Assembly: GCA_964106645.2 (NCBI GenBank)
Contig: OZ067054.1
DNA from: Podarcis pityusensis
Lineage: Eukaryota
DNA: 64,000 nucleotides
Reading direction: 5' to 3' (one strand)
The translations under genes were made by a program, and so were the position numbers. Of the stretch, positions 22,893-33,940 are shown piece after piece. The notes below the pieces were generated by a model, which saw only the letters and a list, made by a program, of their open reading frames with translations, was not told where the DNA came from and did no database searches. The first letter of the stretch is position 1. Each line of letters starts with the position of its first letter.

Positions 22893-22920
22893 GTGTGTGT
22901 GTGTGTGTGTGTGTGTGTGT
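22893..22920. repeat. (GT)n microsatellite
   Basis: Direct reading. Confidence 0.95.
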
Positions 22921-24093
22921 CAGAAAACAGATCAGAGGAGAAGGATTTTGTGGAAGTATTTAATAGCAAAATCACAAGGATTCTGTCTGTCATTGCCAAA
23001 GGTGCTCCCTCAAGTTACCAGTAGTTGCAGTTTTCACACTTTACCATATTATGGTATTTTCCCACTTGGCAATAAAAGTTGGCCAGGACTAGGTCAAAAC
23101 ACAATGGTGGGACAGAAGGAAAATCCAAATGATACTCTCTTTCTACTAATTAACATGGATGCAATTTATTGAGAAGTTGTCTTGTGCAAACTGTATTGTC
23201 ATGAACAGGAGCTACTGTGCTTTTGCACAGCTGTTTATTTCTACAGTGCTCTGCTCTTCCTGGCGAATTGTGCCCTGTGGGCCTGAGCTCTCACTTCCCA
23301 CTCTGCTGCCTGTAATGGCATCCAAAAACCAAACATTTGAAGCAGCTGCTTCACTTTGTCTCATGGTAGGGGAGCTGCTTCTGGGTATTGCCTAATGTAG
23401 TTTTTTTATATGTACATTCAGAGTACAATATTATTTTAGCATACTAGCCAGAGTACTCAGATAGTTTTGATGATATTTATGTTTCTCCATGATGAAACTG
23501 ATACTTTCCTTGATTGTACATTACATTATAATATCCAGGAGTTGAGGATGCATCCTGGAAAGACACTTTAGAGGTATAGAAGACAAAGATTCTCAGCTTT
23601 GTGACAAAAACATTTTGCAGGACACTTGTGTATTCTGTGTCCTCAAAGAAAGCAAAATTGGGGTGTAGCTTATTCTTTATTAGGTTAAGTTTCATGCACA
23701 GGAAAGAAATGTTCTTATTTCTGGCTGTGAATGGCCAGATAAGGGTAAGAAGAGATTAGTCAAATGAATTAGAATGATTTTTGACCCCTTTCACAATGCA
23801 TATTACATAAAGCCTGGATATCCAGCTTGATTTTGTTTAGAAGCAAAAGCTGGGATTTTAAGAAAAGGAATAATGGCTGCAGTTTGGAAGTTAGTTGGGT
23901 GGTATTCACTATGACTTATTTCCAAGTGAATGTCTTCAGGATAAGGGTTTATATGGTTAAGATCTACTGTACTAACTTAGGTTGCTTGGAAGAGCAGTTG
24001 GGGATTTCCCATAATTCTGTGTAGCAGCAATGGAGAGAACTCCTGCTGGGTATTATCTATTAACATCACTTCTATTCATCACTTCTCTCCTAG

Positions 24094-24182
24094 GGCATTA
24101 AACCTGCCAGTTTTAACAAGGTTATTGATCCAGAAGTGAAAGAGATCATTGAAGGTTGCATTCGACAAAACAAATCTGAAAG
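24094..24182 (+). CDS. WNK3: WNK3 exon, kinase C-lobe
   Basis: cctag|[30 protein letters not shown]|gtgagc; 89 nt. Confidence 0.96.
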
Positions 24183-25092
24183 GTGAGCAGGTCTGTTTTA
24201 TTGTGCTCTTCCTCACTCCAAGTTGTGCACCCTAAACTTAAGGGGTGGTCATTGTGAGTTTAACTAGGGAGTTTTTGGTACAGGCAACAAAAAACCTGAT
24301 TAAGCAAAGCATTCCAGCTTTGCATAGTGCTTTTAAGCACCTGCATAAGGCCTTTCGAAGTCAAAGAAACCTGGGAAGCTTTTACTGTTTCACTTTCTCT
24401 CCCCTCCCTGCAACAGCATGGAAAATTAAGGGAAGGGAAATTAAGGTGTCTGCTTGATTTCCCCTGAAATACTGCTAAGTGCTTAAACTGTAAAACAGTG
24501 CCCATGTGGTACGTATAGCAAGATGTTGATTCAATTCTGTCCCAGAGAAGCCTGTATCTGTCTTTAGTTGGATCTTTAAAACTTTTTGTTTAGTATTTTT
24601 TGGATGTGTCATAAATGCTGGCTGTCCAATTTTGTTGTTTTTAAATGCGGTTTGTCAATTTTTAAGCAATTGCTCTTGTTTTTAAATTTTGTTTGTTTTG
24701 TGTGTGCTGAATAGGTGAGTTATAAACTTATTGGATAAATAAATGTAATGCCTATCACAGAAGTCCCTCAGGGAAGTTTAATACGGGATGAAAGCACCCC
24801 ACCAGTTGTCAGTTATACCACTGGTGTGGGCAGGGCCAGATTTAGGTTTGATGAGGCCCTAAGCTACTGATGGGGCCCTTTATATGTCCAGCTGTCCTTT
24901 GCCAGCAACAAATTGTCACTGTTTTTTGTGTTGAATATATGCTATATGGTAATTTATGGACCTAATAGGTCCATACACAACACAAAACACTGTTGCTGTA
25001 TGTAAGTTTTTTTTTGTTTTTTGTTTGTTTTGGAAATGTACATCCCATCCCCCCCCTTTAAATTTCCCAAGGGAGTGGGACCTTAAGATATA

Positions 25093-25589
25093 CAGTGGTG
25101 CCCCGCAAGACGAATGCCTCGCAAGACGGAAAACCCGCTAGACAAAAGGGTTTTCCGTTTTGGAGGTGCTTCGCAAAACGAATTTCCTATGTGCTTACTT
25201 CGCAAGACGAAAATGTCTTGCGAGTTCCTGCGGGGTTTTTTTCCTTTCCCCCCCCTTTTTCCCAAGCCGCTAAGCCGCTTATCAGCTGATCCTTAAGCCG
25301 CTTAACAGCTGATCGCTAAGCCGCTTATCAGCTGATCGGCTAAGCCGCTTAACAGCTGATCGCTAAGCCGCTTATCAGCTGATCCTTAAGCCGCTTATCA
25401 GCTGATCCTTAAGCCGCTTAACAGCTGATCGCTAAGCCGCTTATCAGCTGATCCGCTAAGCCCGCTAAGCCGCTAATACTGTAGCGCTAAGCCGCTAAAC
25501 CGCTAATGGGCTTGCTTCGCAAGACGAAAAAACCCGCAAGACGAAGAGACTCGCGGAGCGGATTCTTTTCGTCTTGCGAGGCACCACTG
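25093..25589. mobile_element. Tigger/pogo-like MITE with internal minisatellite
   Basis: TIR CAGTGGTGCCCCGCAAGACGAA / TTCGTCTTGCGAGGCACCACTG, TA flanks, repeated GCAAGACGAA subterminal motifs. Confidence 0.88.
25271..25460. repeat. 23-24 bp minisatellite, 8 copies
   Basis: Unit TAAGCCGCTTA(T/A)CAGCTGATC(CT/GC). Confidence 0.95.
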
Positions 25590-25673
25590 TAGCTTGTTTA
25601 GCTTATATGTAAATCCAGCACTGGGTGTGGGTATCATGAGACACTCTGTGATTGCCCATTGTTTTGTTGCCAG

Positions 25674-25893
25674 GCTATCCATCAAAGACCTTTTGAATCA
25701 TGCCTTCTTTGCTGAGGACACTGGACTTAGAGTGGAGCTGGCAGAGGATGATGATGGACTGAATTCCTCCCTGGCTTTGAGACTTTGGGTAGAGGATCCC
25801 AAGAAGCTGAAAGGCAAGCACAAAGATAATGAAGCCCTTGAGTTCAGCTTCAACCTGGAAACAGATGTCCCAGAGGAGGTGGCTTGTGAAATG
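25674..25893 (+). CDS. WNK3: WNK3 exon, kinase end and autoinhibitory/CCT1 domain
   Basis: gccag|[24 protein letters not shown]...[40 protein letters not shown]|gtatgt; 220 nt. Confidence 0.97.
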
Positions 25894-27985
25894 GTATGTA
25901 TTACCATTGCTTCCCTTACCTTTTTTCTTTCTGAGTTGGCAGCATCTCCAGACGCTTCTTATTTGCTTCATTCCAAACATGGGGTTTACTGCACCATTTT
26001 TTTTATTCCGACTTTTACACTTTCCTTTAGAGAGTGTTGCATTTTTATTCTATATTTCTTTGCTACGCTTTTATGTTGCCCAGTCACTGATGCTCTCTGG
26101 GCAATTTATAAGAAGAATAAAACCATAAAACAAGACTATTGCCATGGGCAGCATAGGACCAAGTGTCTTCCGTGGGGGTAAATCTTGACTTCTTTGTTGC
26201 ACACAGTTCAAATATTTGGTTTACAAGGAGAAATATTTTTGCAACCCAGTCCTAAAGAGGATGACACAGAAGCAAATGTATAGGAATGTCTCCCTGAGAA
26301 CTAGGCTAGAACTTTCTCCATGGAGCCACCATTTCTTAAAAAGAAACTGCACAGGAGCAAAGGGGTATACAACCCATCTCCATTCCATGGCCTTGATCCA
26401 AAACTCTCTCTCCACCCATCTTCCCAGCTTCTTTTCAAGAAACAAAAAAAGTCTGTGGGGGGAAAGTGGGGTTCCAGTCACAGAACTCCCACTTAACTTT
26501 AGCTTAATAGTGCACTCCACCCTGCTCAGAGCTGCAAGTTTAGTTTTCTGTGTGCAGGGAGACATTTGGACAGGTAGTAGTGCATTTTACGTACAAGGAA
26601 TAAGGTCACCTAAGGACTGGTCACCTTGCCAATGGGTGAGCATGATTTCTGAAGCTGTGGTTTTATACTCATTTACAGTATGTGAATCGTAAGCCAGCCA
26701 AGAGCTGATGAAGTTTTTGCATTAGTGTAAACAAGTCTTTCTCCCTCCTTTCCTCTTACGGTTTTGTTTCATTTATTCTCCTTTGCCCAAGTTATCTGTT
26801 TAGACTGCAGATTCTTCATTCTGCCTCACTGTTGCCTTGGTTTTGTTTTCACAAAACATTTTCTACACAGCAACCTGACAAGTAACAGCTGATGGCTAAT
26901 GATACTGCAAGGAGTCATAGCAGTGCATCTGCTCATATGTATATGCGCACAATTGACTCCTGCTTAAGCATCACCCACCAGCCAGCTATGAAGTCTCCTA
27001 AATTGTTGTTTCAGGATGCTTTGTTCTGTGTCTTATGAATGGCTCTGTGATGTTGTGCTCTAAAGCTGTTGTTTGGGTCTATTTTCCCTTTATTTTTCAA
27101 CTAGGTTTGGATGTGACTTTGCTAACAGTTGGTAGCTAAGAACCTCCCCTTTGACGGTTCCATTTTAATGCAACACCTGTGCTTGAATTCCTTGTCTTTT
27201 AAACTGGATCACTACTTGAAAATGTAACTGTACGTCCCATCAGTAGAAATCTGTCATGGATAATTCAAGGATTAAGCAAGAGCCACTTGTTACGTGACTG
27301 TTTTCATAATAATTCCTTTTCTGGAGTAGGATGGACAGTATTGTGGTTATATTTATCTTGTTCTAATTAACTTGTTCTAATCAAGTAACATAAATATCAG
27401 AGGTGGGGAATATCTGGCCCATGAGCCAAATGTGGCCCACTAGGCCTCTCTCTCCATCCCTTGAGATTCCCCTAGGCCGTGCCCCTCACTGGCACGGCCT
27501 TGGACCTTACTTGAGTGTTCTTGCTTGGTTGGAATGTGTCCTTGAACTGCAATGATGTCTCTTGTTTTCTGGAGAGGTGTGGCTTTTACATGCCTAGAAC
27601 ATAGTGTACTATCCAAAGGTAAGAGACAGATCTGTTGCTCTGTCCACTTTTACTTCTGTCTCTACCCATTTTCATCACAGTATATTAATGTTGAAGACAG
27701 TCACATAAGTACTAATTAGTATTGATCCAGCCAATGTACTTGGCCTTAACCCATAGCCAAAGTATAGCAGCACTTGAATTTGTGGGTCTGTATCTTGCTT
27801 GCTGTATTGTTTGGCGCTCCATACAATAGGTCCAAGATTGATCTAGTATGTGGTCAATGCAAGTTCTGTTGTAATGGAACCCTGAGTTAATGTGAAATTA
27901 CAGAAAAGCATTGCTAAACACCGATGGATACCAGTTCAGAGGAGCAGAGTTATACTTAATAGAACCGTTCTTTTTTGATGTCCAG

Positions 27986-28274
27986 GTGAAGTCAGGATTC
28001 TTCCACGAAAGTGATTCTAAAGCTGTGGCTAAGTCCATCCGGGATCGTGTCTCCCTGATCAAGAAGACAAGGGAGCGGAGGCAGGTGGGCTACCTGGAGG
28101 AGAGAAGAGACTCTCAAAGCAAGCTGCCAAGTGGGCTGCCATTACTCCAGCCACAGGGTTCATCATTCACCACTCCTTCCCAACAGAGCAGGACGGAGTG
28201 CGAGGAAACAGAGGTGGACCAACATGTCCGACAGCAAATCCTTCAGCAAATGCAGCACAGCTCCTCCATTGCTG
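27986..28274 (+). CDS. WNK3: WNK3 exon, coiled coil and acidic KLHL2/3 degron
   Basis: tccag|[22 protein letters not shown]...[11 protein letters not shown]...SSSIA|gtaatg; 289 nt. Confidence 0.95.
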
Positions 28275-29811
28275 GTAATGAGCAACCAAAGGCAGCCTGT
28301 CCTCCCAAAATGCTATCCTGAACTAAGGTTATAAAGAGTGAATCAGAGCGTCATTTTGTTCATCCAGATGCATCACCACAAGGCATTTATTGAACTCCTG
28401 GCACTTTTCTGCTTTATTGGAGGTCAATTAGCATGTAAACTGTGACTTGTATCTGTGGCCCACAGTTTGAATTGTTGGCTAAGATCATGTACATCGGTCT
28501 TTACCAATCTGATGCCCTCCAGATGTTTTGGACTAGAACTCCCATTAGATGTTTTGGGCTGACTCTCCAATCAGCCTCAGCCAGCAGAGCCATGATAATC
28601 TGATGGGAGTTTTCTAATGGCCAATCCTTTCGCTCACAACCATTTGCCTACTCAGAATTGCTGCTCAGCCCAGTTTCTTTCTCCTTTACTGATACAAAGA
28701 CTTGTACCATTTTTTTTTCTCAGAGGGGAAAGGCAGCTTGGGGGTAGCCAAGTTGTGTGGCCGTTTTGAGCCTTTTCCTCCTCTTCTACACTGCAACCCT
28801 TCACACAATATAGAGCCACCTCCTTGCAACCACTTTGCCCAATAAAAGAACATCTGAGGTCAGCAGATACCCAAGATGTTGCTCCCTGTTCAATTGGTAG
28901 ACGTGCCGCACTGGAGTAGTGAAATTAGAACAGCAGGTTGATCGTACCTCCATGGCACTGTTGGCCAGGCAGAGCCTCAAGTGAAGCAACTGATTAAAAA
29001 AGTGTAGAATATGAATACCATTTGCTGGGTATCCTAAGTGGGGAGAGTTCTCTTGAACTCAGGTCCTGCTTGCAAACTTCCCATAGGCCTGATCCAGCAG
29101 GGTTTTTAAAAAATATTTTTTTCAAATATTGTAGTAGTAGTAGTTGTTGTTGTTGCTTACCCACCCTTTACCTTAAGGTCCCAGGCAGGTTACAACAATT
29201 AAAGCATAACATTAAAACAAGAGGGTCAAAACTAAGTACAATTCCAGTTACTGTACAATAAGACATTTGATTATTCCCAACCCAGAGTAATGTTCCATTA
29301 CAAATCAGATCTTATTTGGTGTTCTGTTTCCTCGTCACCATTTGTTTGGCATAAACATGTGATAATATTGCTTGGTTCCTTCACAAACCTCTCCATAAGT
29401 GTTGAATATTTTTGATAAGGATGCTGGCTTAAAGGTCAGGAGTTTGTCCTTGCCAAAGAGCATATAGTTCCCAAAACAAGGCATGGTCATGGGTTGGTGT
29501 CATTGGCAGAGCTGAGAAGAATTAAATGAAAAAGGCTTTGTTGCCTGATTTCAGAATTTACATGGAATGCAAGTTTGTCATGTTTATGTCTGCATAGGAT
29601 TATGTTCTGATAAGTAGCTTTATCCTCTCTTGTTTTCACAACCATCTTGTGATGTAGGTTAGGTCATGGGAGCCTAAACCACTGAAGCTCATGGGCTTTG
29701 TAGGTCTGTGAACCCTAGTTTAAGCTCAGCGCTCTATCCACTGCTCCAGACTAGCTCCTAGTAGAAGCAGGAGATAATATTCCAAAGAGGTTTGGGGCTT
29801 ATGTACCTGAA

Positions 29812-30012
29812 GCATACAGTTCAGTGGCAGAGTACCTGGTTTGCATGCGTAATGTTCCGGGTTCAAGCCATGACATCTCCACATAGACCTGAATTCTCAT
29901 TCTTGTCTGAAATTCTGGAGAGTTTCTGCTAGCAAGTATAGACAACATAGACCAAACTGAATGCGGTGGACCAGTGTTCTTGCTTGATTTAAAGCAGCTT
30001 CCTGTGTTCCAT
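29812..30012 (+). mobile_element. Squam3-like tRNA-derived SINE
   Basis: Head AGTTCAGTGGCAGAG...TTTGCATG...GGTTCAAGCC; tail AAGCAGCTTCCTGTGTTCC. Confidence 0.6.
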
Positions 30013-30517
30013 GTAGAAAACTTACTGATGTCAGCTTAAAAGTATAGGGTTGATTTTTATTTTTTTTAAAGATTGGATCACCCTTCCTTCCCCTCAACTA
30101 GAATGCAGGCTTGCATTTTCTTGTATTCTTTTCTCAAGTAAATATTTGATCCTTGTAGATGAGGCAGATGAGGCATTTCTAGACAGCTCCTGTCATGCCC
30201 CTTGAATTTAGTGTAGCACTATAGCAGTTGTTCCATCAGCACAAGCTTTTCATCTTACCAGACAGAAAGATGTCTCCTCTCCTAGCCCCATGCAGTGTTC
30301 CCAATTTTGGGAGGTGGGGTAAGGAGGGAGGAGAAGAGTGGGGAAGCTTCATTGCACTAGTAGACATTGTTTTGTAGGATTCCACCAGTGGGGCCAGTTC
30401 ATTAAGTCCCAGTGGTTTGTCTTCATGAGGCAGTGATAGGGAGAAGGATGGGAATTGTTATGGATTCCTCTGAAACAGCTTATCTTTTGTTCTTTCCCTC
30501 CTCTTACACTGACGCAG

Positions 30518-30711
30518 CTGACAGTTTATCTGAGAGAGGAGCAGGTTCAGTTATACTTTCGGATGCCTCTAGCCAACATAGCCTGGCTTTCTCCTCGGAA
30601 CAGATTATGGGCCCCCAGCAGGCCCCCAATCTCTCACAAGCTGAAAACAGTGTTCAAGGACACATCTACGCTTCCCAGCAGCTGGTGGGACATTACCAGT
30701 CGATGGCAGGG
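30518..30711 (+). CDS. WNK3: WNK3 exon
   Basis: cgcag|[20 protein letters not shown]...[13 protein letters not shown]|gtaagt; 194 nt, phase 1 to 0. Confidence 0.9.
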
Positions 30712-31578
30712 GTAAGTGACCTATCATTTTCTTAAATATGGTAAGAGAACTACTTGTATCGAGTTTCTGGAAATGTTGTCGTGACTGTGCTAGTCTTAGA
30801 GAAGGAATAAAATAAGATAGCTAAGGCAGTATCTTTTATTCAGTCGGCCTCTGTTGATTCAGGATACACAGAATTGAGATCTATGCAGAATTCTCTGATA
30901 ATTATAAAACTTCCTGAGCTTAATGGTAGGATATAAGTTAAAAGGATATAAACAACATTTACTTGTATGGATTTTTCAGATAGAGAGGCATTAAACAAAA
31001 TGGTGATTTCCCACCATTCTACCTTCCTTTTGCTCTCTGTGTATAGACCAGGCCTTTGTCTTTTTTCAAAAATATAGAAGTCAACCGTTTAAAGGTCCTA
31101 GGTTTCTCTAGTCTATGCATGTAGTAGAATTAAGATAGCCTAGAATGGGAGGAGTCCTGAACTTGTTCCACCATGTGTATCCAGAGGCACCCTTTATCAT
31201 CCATTGAGTTTGCCTTTTCGTAGAATTATAGAATTGTAGAGTTGGAAGGGATCCCAAGGGATGCCTTGGAGGAGGAATGTTTTCCTAAGAATGGTAGTGA
31301 AAGGTGTGAGAGATGCATGGGGGCCCTTCCATACATTCGCTTAAGCTGTTGGATTCTGCAGTAATGTAAGTAATGTTACAACAGTGTTTTGTGTGGCTCA
31401 CCAATGGTATAGGTTCACAATCTCTGCTGTGGGTAACATGTCTCAGGATGATGTATCATTTCCCCAGGAGAATATGTTGCCGGAGAATGCAGGCAGGGCA
31501 GCTGAGACCAGGAGAGCTGAAGCACAGGCAATCAATTAGTTTTTCTATGAACGGTCCATTTAATTATCTTTTTGTTAG

Positions 31579-31731
31579 GTGCAACAACAGCCAGCAAATG
31601 TGGCCCACCCCAGCGCTTTACCACTAATCCAGAGTCAGCCTTCAACCCTACCCACCCACAGCTTGGCCCCCCCTGTGGTTCCTCAAGCCCAGGCGTCTCC
31701 TGTTGCACTTCAGCAGTTCACACCGAGGCTG
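31579..31731 (+). CDS. WNK3: WNK3 exon, Pro/Gln-rich
   Basis: gttag|VQQQPANVAHPSALPLIQSQPSTLP...QQFTPRL|gtaagg; 153 nt, phase 0/0. Confidence 0.88.
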
Positions 31732-32496
31732 GTAAGGGCTTCCAGGGATAGTCCGACTGACCTGATGGTCTTTTCAAACCGTCATTAAAATAGCATGTCA
31801 CAAGGGCATCTTGGACTCTGAGCCATATGCCTACAAGGGACTACGCCGTGACGAGAGCAGGCAGTCACGTAAAGTGGGAGATAGCGTAGCAGACGTTCTT
31901 GTTGTTGAAAAAGAAATCTGTCCGGATGATGTGTGCCGCTATGGAGAAGTTGCATGGGGCACGTTCGCAGCCTCTGGGTTGTGGTGGGGGGGAACACCCC
32001 CCCAAATGACATCAAATGTTGAACAGGTGATGGAGTTTGCTTCACAAGTTGAAGTTAAACTGCACATTGCAACATGTCCGTATGTAACACAAGCCTGATG
32101 GTCATTTCTTCACTGCAAAGGATTCTCAAGAGGGGGCAATTTGCAATGAAGAAATGACAGAGGAGAAAGAGTGTCACTTTTTTTCTGAAACTTTTACTTC
32201 AATCTGCTCCCCCCCCCCCAGGGGATTTCACAGACATTTTTCTGAAATAAACTTGGTCTGAAAAACTGGCAGAAGAAAAGTGCTTGGTGAGGGAAGGGTT
32301 AAACATCCCCCACCCTGCTGCTTCTGTTCATAAACTGTCTTGTCTTATGAACACTGTGCAGTGGAAGAGGAGACACTGATCTCATGTTTCACCTGCTTGC
32401 ATTTTAACAGGGGGTTTGGTCTTAAGTGCATCACAAAATGATACCTAGTAGGTGCCATGGCACTCCGGCACCCATACCCCATTCAGTGGTCACAAT

Positions 32497-32690
32497 AACA
32501 AGAACATAGGAACATATGGAAGCTGCCTTATGCAGAGTCAGATCATTGTTCCCTCCATCTCAGTAGTGTACACGGCGGCTCTCCAGAGTTTCAGGTGGGT
32601 GTCTCTCTTAGCTCTACCTGGAGATGACAGAGATTGAACTGAGGACCTTCTTCTGTATGCAGAGGAGATGCTCTGCCCCTGGGTTGCGGC
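32497..32690 (-). mobile_element. Squam3-like SINE
   Basis: AACATAGGAACATATGGAAGCTGCCTTATGCAGAGTCAGA tail; head ATTGAACTGAGGACCTTC...TGCTCTGCCCCTG. Confidence 0.6.
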
Positions 32691-33940
32691 CCTGTTCTGT
32701 CAGCATCAGGAGCAGTGGTGGTGGTGCAAACATTTTCATGTACAGAGTATTGCTCTTTTATCTCAAAAGTATGCATCATTACATGCAAATGTGTGCAATG
32801 GTACGCTGAACTAACTGCTTTAGGAGGGATAAGCGGCAGAAGAAAGACATTGCTCAACCCTTTCTCTACCCATTGCTTTCATACATTTGTAGGTAAAGGT
32901 AGCTTAGCTTTGAACGCTCGGAAACTGATATCTCTGCAACAAGTTGTGTGCAGCAAGTGGAGAAACGCACGTTGCATAAAAATTAATTGTGCAGAAAGGC
33001 TCTTGCGCAAGGCTGAGGAATCAGCTTGATAGGTGGGGCTGTGCTGGTTGGGTCATGGTGGACCTCACAAGGTGCTATACTTTATTTACAAAAGTTCTGC
33101 TTTGGGAGAGGATGGAAGAACTCCACATTCCAGCAACAAGAAGTGACTCTTGCCTCTGAGGAGTTCTCACACTTGAGATACATTAGTCACAATTAACCCC
33201 AAAATGGTCGCTTTTGTAAATAAATTATACCATTTACTTTACCATCTTGTGGGAAAAACCACTTTGTAATTTTTGTGTGTGTGTGGAATTGATGCTGTCC
33301 TCCTTTTCTTAAGGCAGCTGCCTGAGCAGGCGTGCTTTACTCTGAATATCTGATCCCATGACAGAGTTGTAGGAGTTTTTATATGATGCAGTGGAGGCTG
33401 AAGCTTGAATGATAAATTATGAGCTCTGTTTTAAGCCGAACTGAATGCACGCTAGGAAATGCTTGTAGAATGAAGCAGTGGCAGTCGGCTCCCTGTAGAA
33501 TGTATTCATGGAATGGACCAACCTTCATGAAAAATAGTTCTTCCTCAGGGACCCTAAACATAAGAATTCAATCCATCATCCCACTCCTTCATTCTAGTTG
33601 GAACATAGCTAAGTTAAATACTGGCTGTCCAGCTACTGAAATACTTTTGAAATTGCAAAGAAGTGCTAGTGGTTCTTTGCTACCCTTCATATAGCTTACA
33701 GATAAGGTGGTTATTTTGGAGCACTGAAAGTGTATTGCCAAGGTGATGGAATTTTACAAGCTGCTGTTTATTAACTTATACAAAATCCCTTGAATCTTGA
33801 TGTTCCTTCTACAAGTTCTTTTTGTTATAGTCTTCTCAGAGTGATTCATCTGTTGGTGGTAATGATGAGGTTCCTTATAGTAAGATTTGGAGAAAGGACG
33901 ATCAGTTTAACCACTTTTTAAAATACCTTCTTCTCACCAG

